Source: Catajapyx aquilonaris (Eukaryota). Taken from it: 59,222 bases of DNA. The notes under the pieces were generated by a model. The model saw only the letters and a list, made by a program, of their open reading frames with translations, searched no databases and was not told the origin of the DNA. The translations under genes and the position numbers were made by a program. Shown here piece by piece: positions 26,674-38,600 of the stretch. Location: contig KZ538120.1 of the NCBI GenBank assembly GCA_000934665.2, positions 62,001 to 121,222 on the forward strand. The letters are read 5' to 3'. Numbering within the stretch: the first letter of the stretch is position 1; each line of letters starts with the position of its first letter.

Positions 26674-29600
26674 CAGAATCAGTGAGTTGAAATTCGCCAA
26701 AATTTGACATCTTCTACTGCAATTTTTAATGAACATGCGGAAAATGTAGGTTGCTAAAATCCTTTACTTGAAGTATACACGCAGGAAATTCATTGCAGTC
26801 AATTGAATTACAATTTAACTGTATGCCGCAACAGGCTATATAGTGGTGAGTGGTGACAAATAATGATTGGAGCTTATTTGGCATGTTTTAGGTTGGGGGG
26901 GGGGGATTTAACGGGCTTGTCCATACTCTAGGAGTGATTAGTAATTTCTGGCGCAGATTACATAAGTTTATGCTTCATGCCTCGATTTAGAGAGTGTTTT
27001 GGAACATAATTTACGGGTTATGGACACATATTACTACGTTTCATTCAACGCAAACAGTCAATGTCGACCCGATTAAGCGTAGGATTCGAACCGACGTCCT
27101 GCTTGGAAACGTTAATTGGCAGCTCAAAAATTAATTCATAAAACCATATTAATTACACTGCAAAAAATGTTACATATTATACACAAAGCGAATAATATTT
27201 TTTTCCGCTGCATATGCACTTGGTACTACATGCTGGCCGATTCCGAAGTGATTAAAAGTTTGTCTAAACCTCCCGAGCATAGGAAGTGTGAAGCAGGAAT
27301 ACGCACAACGCACACGATTCTGTTTGGTCTGATGAAATAAAACCTTTTTTTCCCCCCGAGGTCTTGCAGTTCACACACAAGTATATTCATACATAACAGT
27401 ATATGATACCCGCACTCCACCAACCGAGTGCTTAACAATAGTCTCCGTTAAGCCTATTACTCGCGGTGCACGACCATGTGGGCGATTCAGAACTCTTTCC
27501 AGATGAGTTGTCGATTCTGTTCATGCTTTTAGACCACCTTGACCCGAACTGACGCAGTACTCGATGTGACCATACGACCACTTGCAAAAATCATTGTTGA
27601 CAAATTGGCTACATTTGTTACGAATCGGTTAGGTTGAGTTGTCAATGGTTTTTTTAAAGCACAACGACAGCCTTTCAGAATATATGCCATTTCCTCGTCA
27701 TATAAAAGCCCGTGACAATATGAGAAACCAGTAGAATTCACCTCGTCTCTTTTTTCCATCCGCCGAAATGTGTCATATCGATTTGAATTCTTGGGGTAGG
27801 ATATCCTTTGAAACAGTTCGTCTCCTCCCCAACCTCCGACGATCCCCCTCCATCTCCTACCTCCCCCCTTACTTTCCAACCTCCATTTTACCTGTTGAAG
27901 CGTCCTCGTCTGCAAGCCTCCGGTTGCCATGGGGACTGTCAGCACTGGCTGTCACAACAAAACTCTTCCCTATGGCCTTCCCTGACAGCAGCCTCCAATC
28001 AGAGATCGTCCCCCTTTCTATAAGATATAATCACCTAACGAGTCATACCTGGGCACCGGGAGAGTTAGAGAGAAGGTTATTATATTACCTGTAAGTCTGG
28101 ACATCAAACGCCAGCTAGAGTTACGGTACCTAAAACTTTCATGATTATTATCACAACCAAGGACATCCGATTTATTAAAAATTTCTGCTATGTATTGGAA
28201 AAAGTATTATTACACCGTGCTACTTTCATAAGGTCACACTATATATTTAAAAAAAGAGGATGGAAATTCAACCATGAACGCGAGTAACATGATTATGTTC
28301 TGCCATTGAAGTCAGCAGGGCGAAATCACCTTTGGCGCACCGGAGTTACCAAATTGCACAAAGTGAATTAGACTGAACACTTGTCATGGGATTGAAAATG
28401 GCAAGATTACATTGTCTACTGGGATAGGGAGAAAGTAATTACGCGTGCAGGTATGTGCACCCGGATTCCTGTACAGTTTTAAAAAATATATATAAGTGGG
28501 AGAGAGGGGGGTATATTGCCTGTAGGCTTGGCTGATCTCGGGGAGAGGCTTTGAAAAAACCGCGTTGAAAGCAGCTGGAAGAAATAATGTCCCCAGGCGC
28601 CTCGTTTCATAAATGGGAAGCATTTTCCCCTTCCACCCCACCCCACCCATCCAACCCTGCCGCACTTCATTTATTGTTGCTTCTTATTTTCATTACTGGG
28701 AAAACTCCTTTTCGATATGACTACATCTGGAAACTTGACTCGCAGCAACGCACTTTTCCAGAGGCCGTTATTAAAAACCAAACATTCTATGAACATTATT
28801 ATATGAACATACTTGGGTGGTAGAGGGTGAGCCGAAAGATACTGTGCCGATGTGTTCAAAAATTAAAATTTTGTTTCTAAATGTTACAATATTTGGTACA
28901 AACACTCACAATCAGCGATGATCCGGGTTGGACAGTTGAATTTTTCAATTGGTATAGGCTTAGTGATTATAATGAAATGTGATAAAATAAAATAACTGTA
29001 TATAGGCTAGTAACTTTTGGCCCACCATGCACTGGGTATATACTATAGGTTATAAAAGGTGTTCCAAGTTCGTGGGCCACTTCTTGATAACGGAAGAACT
29101 TGGAACACCCTATGCGTATAGATTAGAAAGAAAACAATATCTCGCTTCTTAAGCTGATGCAATTAGTAAACCACACTCTTAAAACACCAAGTTAACCATT
29201 AGGCTACTAATGTGATATTACCATTATGTAGTCTCAAATATTGTTAAAAATAATTCAGTTTATGAACATGTACTGGAGGTATTTTCAATCCAGGTTACCT
29301 AAAAAAAAGTAGAGCTCCGTAAATCAGAAAAGACTGGGAACAAAACCTCGGTTAATTTAGGTCTTCTGTGTACCCTTACCTCCGTACCCCAATTATCTCG
29401 GCAATTCAGATTTCACTCTTGAGCGCACTAATCCCATCTCTTTTGCCCGGATTATTATGAAGTCGCAACGTTGATCCCGGGGTGTATATATAGTTTGCCA
29501 GCTTTCCAACCCCTCCTCCTACCATTGTTGTTTTTCCCTCCCTTGCTCCTCTCACCCCCCCCCCCTTCCCAGTCTCTCGTTTTCTAATGTTGCCTTCTAA

Positions 29601-32600
29601 AGGGCACGGAGAAGTTAAACCTGCGAATTAATGACGAGAGGTAGTGAACTGGAATTGCAATTAGCATCAGATTGATCTTCTCCTCTGAAGGGTTTAAGTA
29701 GCTGGGGGATGGGGTAGGTACTTTCCAAGTGGATCAAGATGAAGGGATATCCATGCTCTGCAATGCAGCTCTTTCTCGTTCTGCGGAACATACTCTGCTA
29801 AATTAATGCCAGAAACTGCAAAAAAAAACATCATTTTCGTGGGGCAAAAAATTGCGAGCCACAATAATATGCATAACCTTTGTTGTAGCCTATAGGCCAA
29901 CTACCCTTTTTGCTTTCTGATGGTGCTTGTCCATGATGTGCACATGGCGATGGGGGAATTGATATAGATCATAGAATAAGCTAATTTTGCGGCTCCAATA
30001 AAGTGTGAACTATAAGCGCTGTGAACCCCCCCCCCCCTCTTTTTTTGTGCGTGGGCCACCCCACACTGTAATTTGTTGATGAAATTATCGCTTCTGATGT
30101 CGGCCTATGTGTGTACTGCGCCAGGGACCTTGTCGGGGTTCATTTTGGCTTTTTGGCATAATATATGTGTTCAGATTTGACGCCCTGTGATTAGTGTGAA
30201 ACTGATGATCACCTCTTTGTACAGAGTGAATCAAGAGGACGCCCCAGTTTTCGCATATTCTCAAAACCTTTTTAGCTCTATATAGTGTAAATCCACTTCC
30301 TTTCTGCCACTTTCTGCCATCAGGTTACACGCACAGTCATACAAAAAAAAACTTAGTCTGTCTGAGACACTTCATTATTGAGTTCAGCTTCTCGGGTCAC
30401 CAGAATTGTTCACTTAAGGTGAAAATATTGGGCTCTAATTGGCAGGACCGAAACTTGTTAGTTAACAAGCAATTATTAGAACACCTCGCAGTGATTCTGA
30501 TCCTTTATATACGTTGCTAACACGCAATTTTTGTGTGCGTTACAGAAGGTGAAATGGATAACGACGCATCATCAGGAGGCGAGTCCTTCGGGAAGAAAAA
30601 CAAGACCGAGTGGGACGAAACCTCTCTGCCTTCCTCCTCCTGGGTCCAGGTAATTAATGGCGCTTAATGAATGTCTCCGCTGCTATAGTTGGCCCCTTCT
30701 TGTTTACTGGTCCTTAATAGAAAGCCCTTACGCAATATTCGCAGGTGGATGGAAGAATAATGGCTTTCTACATCTATATAAATAAAGCCGTTTGTGAGTC
30801 TGTCTGTCTCTCTGTCTGTCTGTCCGCCTGTCAACCATCATTTGCCTGCCATCTGTGCTCCACCCCCAGGCCGGGAGAGGATGGAGGTGTTGGGGGTTGA
30901 CTACGGATGGCAGGCAAATGACGGTTGCCGTTACACAGGCGGGAGAGGTTCAAGGTGTTGGAGTTGCAGGACTACAGATGGCATTGGTGGCCGGACACAC
31001 AGAAAGACAGACAGTTGACGGGGGTACTGGCAGGTGTTTTCTCTTCATTCATTTCTTCCCGGGCAACGCCGGGTGCCGTAGCTAGTTATTATATATTTTA
31101 TTAAATATTGGCCATAAGCATTTTTGTAATAAAACAGTTAAATAAAACCAGAATTTCCAGCTTGTTGGACTATTGCGCAACGAGTGGCAGCAAAGCACTA
31201 TAGGACATGCTGGAGCTTTGCCCTAAACTTGTACCAGACTGCTGGGCATGTGTATCAGATAACATTTGTGAGCCTAGCAAAACTGGCGCAACTAACTTTC
31301 ACTTGACCCCCCGGCAGGTAAATTTTAGGGGGAATCAAAATTATTGCTACACCACAGCAACTCTCAGTTTTTGGAGAGCTGGAGGGTTGCAAAATTTTGC
31401 TGAAAAGAATATTTTGAGCTCATCATCAGCAGGCTCCTGACTTTATTTCCTTGGGAGTTTCTTCAGCGGAAAAAAGTAGCTTAAGAAGACTTTGCACCAT
31501 TACTATGGGTTTTGCATAGATGGTGTCCAGAATAGAGTTGCTCTTGTGTTCCAACTTAAGTTGTCGGCATCCGCGGCCACATAGACATCAGCAGCATCCA
31601 AGAGCTTAGTCTGGCTTCGGATTTCGGCTCTTTGAGCCTAGGAAAGGGAGGGGGGGGGGGAGGGCACTACAGAAGGTGGATCTTGAGAAAGTGTGCCTCC
31701 AACATCAAAGGCTTTTGTGGGGGGAAACAAAAAGGAACATGGCTGGAATCAGGTTGAGGGAAGGGATGGTGGCGCTCGAGAGACCAACTCAGATACTCAA
31801 TCTCCGCAAAAGGCGCCGTCTCTTGCCCGCAAGGAATTACATTCATGACATTTTGCACTTGCCTCTCACTCTCATCGCGACAGAGCACATGCTCCTTATT
31901 ATCCTGCTGCTTCCTCAGGTTAATTGCATGGACTTACAGGATTTTTTAAAAATTGCAGCTACCAGACGTCCACATTTTTTGAACAATTGTTGACTAAACG
32001 TTACGATCTCATTTATTGTAGAGGGCTCTGTGTGTCCCATTGTTTGTCACCCACGTCAATTTGTCTGTCCTGTTTTTTTGGCAGTGGAGGAAGCGTTACC
32101 GTCAGAAGAAGGTGGTACCCTCTGAGGGCGACAAGGGCACCCCTGAGCCTCCTACCCAGCAGGCCACATCCGCACCCACAGGGGACCCACACCGATTCGA
32201 AGTGGTGGACACCAGCTACGCATATGTGGGCGTCAAAAAACCGTAAGTTGACCTCCTCCATTTTATTTAGGGAGCGGGGGCACTGTAGACCTGACCAAAT
32301 TGGACGTTACTCCCAATTTTTGGGTTAATGCTTGTTTTGGGAGAAAGGGAAGCCCTTGGTTTGAAAGTACGCTATTTATCTGTCCGATCCATTGAGTTCG
32401 AGGACAAAAGGGACAAAACTTTTCCGTTCGTTTGTCCCGGTTTTATGAAGCGGAAACTAGGGAAATGCGTTGATGAAAGTCTCATCAGTTTGATTTACCC
32501 CCCAGATTATAGGAACCGTGTTGACGCATTTCTTTTTGTGCACAGAGCATGGTTTTTTGGTTTGGAAATGAATAAAAATTTTGGGTGGGGGGATAAGGAA

Positions 32601-35600
32601 AGAATAAAAGAGGGGGGGTTGAGTAAATGGCGATTGGCCAACTGCTGGGGTCCGGCAAAAGAGCCCGGGCCCCTGTGTCTACAAACTGCCTGCTGTCGAG
32701 GGAAACATGGGAAACGGAGGTGGCAGAGCGAGCAAATATTTGCAGAGCGAATCGGCACACAGCTACCGGAAAGATTCCGGACCGTGGATCCGTTTTTTTT
32801 TTCAGCTTCCCCCAACATTGTAACATAAAGGAAAATTTCATTTTGGATAATAACTCCGGCTACACCTGAACTCTAAATGATATGTACAATACCTGCCAGG
32901 GGTTTGGACTTGGACATGGGGATGCCCTAGGTGATGTTCGGAAACATTATACATTTAGTCTGTTTTGACTCGAAGCAGATGTTGTATAGCTTCCTGTTTA
33001 TTGTTCCCGACTGCATAATGGGGGACTGTGCCACCTACTGCACCAATTACACTCATAACGGGGAGGAAATGGACAAGCGTTGGCGATGAATATTAAAAGC
33101 GCACCAACAAGTGCCACATATTATGCCAGCTAGTACTGCATTTTGCAATATTAATTTTACACGAATATTTTCGTGTCGTCCATTTTTTTTAGTCGGATAG
33201 CTGCAGGAACCGGTTTCAAAAATTGTTGATTGTACCCCGATAATAACACAGTGTTGATCGTTGATGCATAGAAATGGTCTGGTATATGCGTACCAATCCG
33301 CAGGGGGTCCTTTTGGGTTAAGTAGAGGCACCTGCTCGTGATGGACTGGCATGGTTTGCAAAAAAACAAGGTTTGCACACACCAAAAAAAAAAAAAATCC
33401 GTGGCCGCATAGTGGTAATCGAATTCTAGGCTGGAGCTGAGGTTGCCACACTTTTTTTTTTCCACCCCTCACTACTCCCCGGTTCCATTTTGCAGTCGAG
33501 TTGTATTTCAAAGCTGGAAGCTGGGTTTCGCATGTAGGCAACTGTGCAACGGTATTCAATAGGGCCAATGAGTAAGCTGGGGCGCGCTTGTGGTTTACCC
33601 CACCGAACCTGCGGACTTGTGCAGGGCACACATACGCCAACCATGTCCGGTTCCAACAGTGGGGGAGGGGTCCTTCTTTCACCAGCATTAGAGGCCACAA
33701 ATCAAGCTGATTTTTTTTTGAAAAAAGAGGGGGAAATATAGTGTATGTTTGGTTAATGTATGGGAGGGTTATTACGGGCTCATGCTGAGAAATTGCACGT
33801 TGTGCTTTTTCCACAAAAAATAGGTAAAAACTCATTATCATTAGAGGGCAATTGAAAAATATAACCCGTACTGGAACAGTGACCTTAGTGAATTAAAAGT
33901 AGTGATTGACCCCACCTCGAGGCATACCAGTACAGTGTGTACCAGCTGGCGAGGGCCACGTCACTCGCATATGTTGAGTACAGCTTTTCTTTGCGATTGT
34001 CAGTTGGGATCTGTGCTCAGTGCAGTGAGGATGATTTTCTGAAGGTTTGTACCTGCAATTTTTTTTTACTGTCGGGTAATTGGCTGCACCTGTGGCACCA
34101 TGGCCATCCCTGGGAAAAAAAAATTCAAGCGCATGTGAGAGAATAGCTGGAATTCCTATTATACGAAGTGGGTATAGGGGCATGCATGACGTTGGTTAAC
34201 CGAGTACATGTTCTGCGTCACATTAATAATCGATCACCTGTCAATATTTATAGCTGGTAAAATGGAAAGCCGGAGGGATGCTGATGTTGATACCGACAGC
34301 ACATTGATCGGTGTCATCATAATATCAGATGCAAGTGGAGGAAAGACTGGAGAGTAGTGGTGGGGACTTATTAGGTTTTTTTATTTTGTTGAAAAGCAAC
34401 CCCCCTGCCAACAACCCCCCCCTTTAACTTTCGGATGAATCGAATAACAGTGGAAACGGAGTGCGAAAAGGAATTCTTTGATCTGGGAGTCTGGGGGAGG
34501 AATTTCCGGGTCCCGGAGCGCAAATTCCGGGTGCACTCGTGCGACGGACCTCGCCTCCTTTGTCGCCAACTTGCTTTCGATCTGCCTGATGTGCCCTAGC
34601 TGCATGCACTTTTCTGCACTCGACGGGTACATCCCATCACACGCATTCCGACAAGGTCCAGGGATATTAATTTCTAGGATTTCAATCTAGGCTGTGCACC
34701 ACACACACGGGCTTTTCAGACGCGTAGTTCGAACCTGGTTTCATATAATAGGCGGCGTGGAAATTTGATGGATGGGAAAGTTGAAGTGACCCTCTGTGAT
34801 ATTGGGATCGTGTAATAAACCGTAATCGAGTGTTGGATGTACCTGCGTGGAAAAATTACTAATCCGCATTATTTGGGTGATTGCGACAGAAATGTGCGTC
34901 ATTTTTAAAAAATACCAGCCGTTTATACAGGTGCAACCGCACTTGAGTATAGCAAAAGGTCAAAAGCGGTATAACCTTTTACAATCTAGTATTGCTTATT
35001 TTCATGCCCTTAGGGCTTCAAAGAGAGAGAGAGAAAAAAGGGGTACAAATCGGAGAGTCAATCGCTGCACTTTATTCCTCTCAACCTCTTTTGAAAATGC
35101 GATTCCTTTCGAAATGGGGAACTGAAATTGAGACTGTTGATCAAAACATGTCTGTTTCGTTTTGCTACTGACATGTGATAAACTTCAAAAGCGGATATCT
35201 TGCAAATATGGGCACAAAAGAACCCGGGTCTGGCAATCCTGGGGATCAGGAGCCACACATGCGAATAGAATTATATGCCCGTGAACTCTTTTTCTTTTTG
35301 AGAAAACTAGGTTTATATAAAAGCAGGATGTTGCATTTCCCAGGCGATGGATAGGTCCAACTTTTTTGAAAAAGGATTTTAGCTAGTTGTGTGCCACTTT
35401 CAGATTTTTTTTAAAAAAGAGGGAGGGAAAGACTCGTACCATATTGAAGAGCTAGACTCTGTGATCGAACTTTTATAGGTCTTTTCTAGACACATGTTAG
35501 GCCAGTTGGCACATACCGCAAAATTTGTAACCACCTGCAAGTGCGGCCCGATACGTTTTATAAGCATCAAAATACAAACCGTTACGTCTTGCTTCAAGAT

Positions 35601-38600
35601 AAGTCATAACAAAAAATCTGATGAAGGTGAAAACCCAGTGTGTATGGAATGCATAGAATATTTTGGTATGGAATTTGCGTCCTTGACCATAATTCATCCA
35701 GCTGCTCTATTCAAAGGCCACCTTTGCCTCGTTAGCACATATGGCGAACTTACATAACCATCGTTGGTTGTCACGCAGATGCAGTCGGGCCACAGTGTGT
35801 ACTATAATTAAGTTATCTTTCCATCTTAATCATAGCAGAAGGACTAGTGGGATCCGCACAGGATTTGATGAGCGATGGTAGGTTATCAGCAGATTAGGCG
35901 CTGAGTAGATGGAAGCATGTCAAGGTTTAACGACAATAATGTTCTTTTGCAAAAGTGTGGTTTCATTTGTTAATGCGCGATCACTAGGGGAAGCCCCAAC
36001 AGGTTCAGATTTAGCTTCATTACGACGGAAATCAATTAGGCGCGATTTGGTGAAGTGAGAGTTGCATTGCGGGGATCATGCGGATTAGTAATAATCAGAG
36101 TGATAAGGATTTATCTACCGGGCTTGTGAGGGGTGGCTATGGAAAAAGTGTGGGAGGAAAGCAAAAGGCAGGGACGGATTTACTTACAAAGGATGTGTCT
36201 TCTTTTTTTATCACTATAGGTTCAAGTCGTACAAGGAAGGCAAGGAGTTTGTGACATTGCTGGCTGATCTGCTGCCAATACCACTATCGGCGCTATCCAA
36301 TGTCAGGTAAGGACTCATTATTTTTATGCACTGCATGACACCCAGTCTGTCACGACATGTGTGCATTACACTGGTAAAATTTTACACATGCAACATGTGC
36401 AAATTGCGAACGAACGAACCAGATTCCCTATAGTCAATGTACTTGAATGACCTATGAGATGTCCGTTTTTCGGTTAAATTTTGGAGTCTAAACTTTATGG
36501 TACGGACGCTGTTGGCGGTTTTATCCTCGCAAAATAGACTGTACTGCGGATACAAAATCCAGGGCAATTGGGACCGCATTTTCCCGGCTCACTAAAGGTT
36601 AGCATGTTGTTATGAACAGAGAATAAGCTGTACATAATGGATGGATGCCTAAATGAGAGGCTGGAGTGCTAATTTGGTCCTCTCTTCAGATTCTCAACAT
36701 GGAAAATTTGATAGATTGTAATAGACATGAGAAATAAGCATGTTACATTTTTCTCATCCGTACATGAGAATTTGTTTTTCGTGTGATGCCAAATTAACTT
36801 TTTGATTAACAAAGAAATGTCCGGTTCCTTTCTGAGCATGCTTGCTATTATTATTATTGCATAAATACATCAATTGTGTGTATACATAGAGGTTTATCCT
36901 AATTGCAGACCTCCGCCTTTTGCTGTATTGGCATAATGGCAATATTTGCAGGGGGCTACTCACTATTAAAAACTTATATTCCCAATTAATAAAAGTTACC
37001 CGTGATTTGTGTGCAGCATATTTCCATAATTTATAATAAGTTATTAATTGGTTCTCTTACGCTCATATCATGCATGGAATTAATTTGCGAAATAACATCA
37101 TTATTAGAAGCTATTTTTTGCAGTCACCGCGTCTCTTTAATGAAGAATCTAAATGACCACTATTAGTGCACCCATCGTTTGGAAATTTTGGGCTAATAAT
37201 TTCAAAGCAATGTCACACAGCAGCCGTATTGCATGAAACAGGTTGTCCATCAAGAGTGGCGTCAGATTAGCAAGCAGCACTGTACTTGCCATCTGCCATG
37301 ACGTGAACGCATACCTGGCAGGGAATGATGTCGACACCTTGATTCAAAGTGCGTCACAGTGCACTGATAACAGATGCAGTTTCATTTTGAAAGTATAAAA
37401 TCACAGTAATGCAATATAATAAATAATATATGAGTTAGAAATATTTTTCTGCAGACATGTGGCGAATATGCAGAGCAGTAAATTATAATCAACACATCCA
37501 TCAATAAGATGTCACATCTCATTATCCTGATCCCGGATGTATTTCGATTCGCAATTCGATTCGAATCTATACGTGTATATCACTTGCATCTAATTAACTG
37601 GTTCGCATCCCCCCCCCCCCCTCCCTTTTCGAAACTTGATAACTGTTGATCCCCGGAGTGATTTCAATAAGGAGTCAGCACCATATTAGAGCCTGGAAAA
37701 TCGGGCAGGAGTCGTCTCGAACATACGTGCAAAATTAGACCCGAGCAATTTCCGGGTTGTTAAACGAAGGCGGGAAAATCCTGCTGCCGCCTCTGGGCAA
37801 GGGGACTCGATTCCGGCGGATAACGAGCAGAAGGACAAGAGTGAAATTGCGATCCGAAGGCAGCAGCTCTTGCTCTAGCAACTTGCTGGCTGCTCTAGCC
37901 CCCATCGTTTGCCCCCAAGCACAATGAATTCCTCTGCCGGAAAATTGGCAGACGCCAAGGGACGGCTTGTAAAGGAAGGCCTGTCGTGTTAATGGGACAA
38001 GAGTTAATTAGCGTCGCCGTTTGTATGGTTTTCTGGGACCCCTAGCATCCTTTGTAATAAGGATCCCTACCCATTGTTCATTTCCAGACTTTTCAAAGCC
38101 TGCGACATATTATTTTTTTTAAATGTCAATTCTGTTCCTTATTTTGGCAGAGTCGAAAAGGATCAAGTGACGTTCAAGGTGGAGCCGAACGCGATGGGAA
38201 TCAACGCGACGGAAGTCACCGGACGCATTGCTACCGGTGAGTTGTACTGTCCTGTCCTGATGGTGTGTGTGCGCTGGGTTTTGGGTCGATACTACACAGG
38301 GCTGTGGCTTGCATTGTTTAGAGGCAGAGGGGAGAGGGGAGGGGGGAAAAAATCAGTGGTATCCAATATTGATGACGTGTTTATAGCACTCTGCCGGGGT
38401 TGGGTTTGCATCATTGTTTACTATCGACTGATCTGAGTCGGAAAAAAACATTGGGAACGCATAGATGGACAAAACTTGACCTAACCCATTGCAATATGAG
38501 GGATTGGTGTGGCTACTGGTGGAGCCAAAGCAACTAAGGCTTGCAGTATTTGCAAAATTTCAAAATGCAGATTTTTGCAGCAACCCCCCATAATTAATCC

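Noticed and set aside
28025..28090. 66-nt segment between ctttctataag and a GTAAGT donor
   Set aside because: Contains an immediate in-frame TAA in the required phase and has no other support
31671..31918. Open segment ending CAG|GTTAAT in intron 10
   Set aside because: Purine-rich acceptor context, weak donor and composition unlike the rest of the pro-region
33053..33841. Longest ORF in the track (262 aa, minus strand)
   Set aside because: No recognisable motif, reads through A/T homopolymers and has random-like composition; most likely a chance intronic ORF
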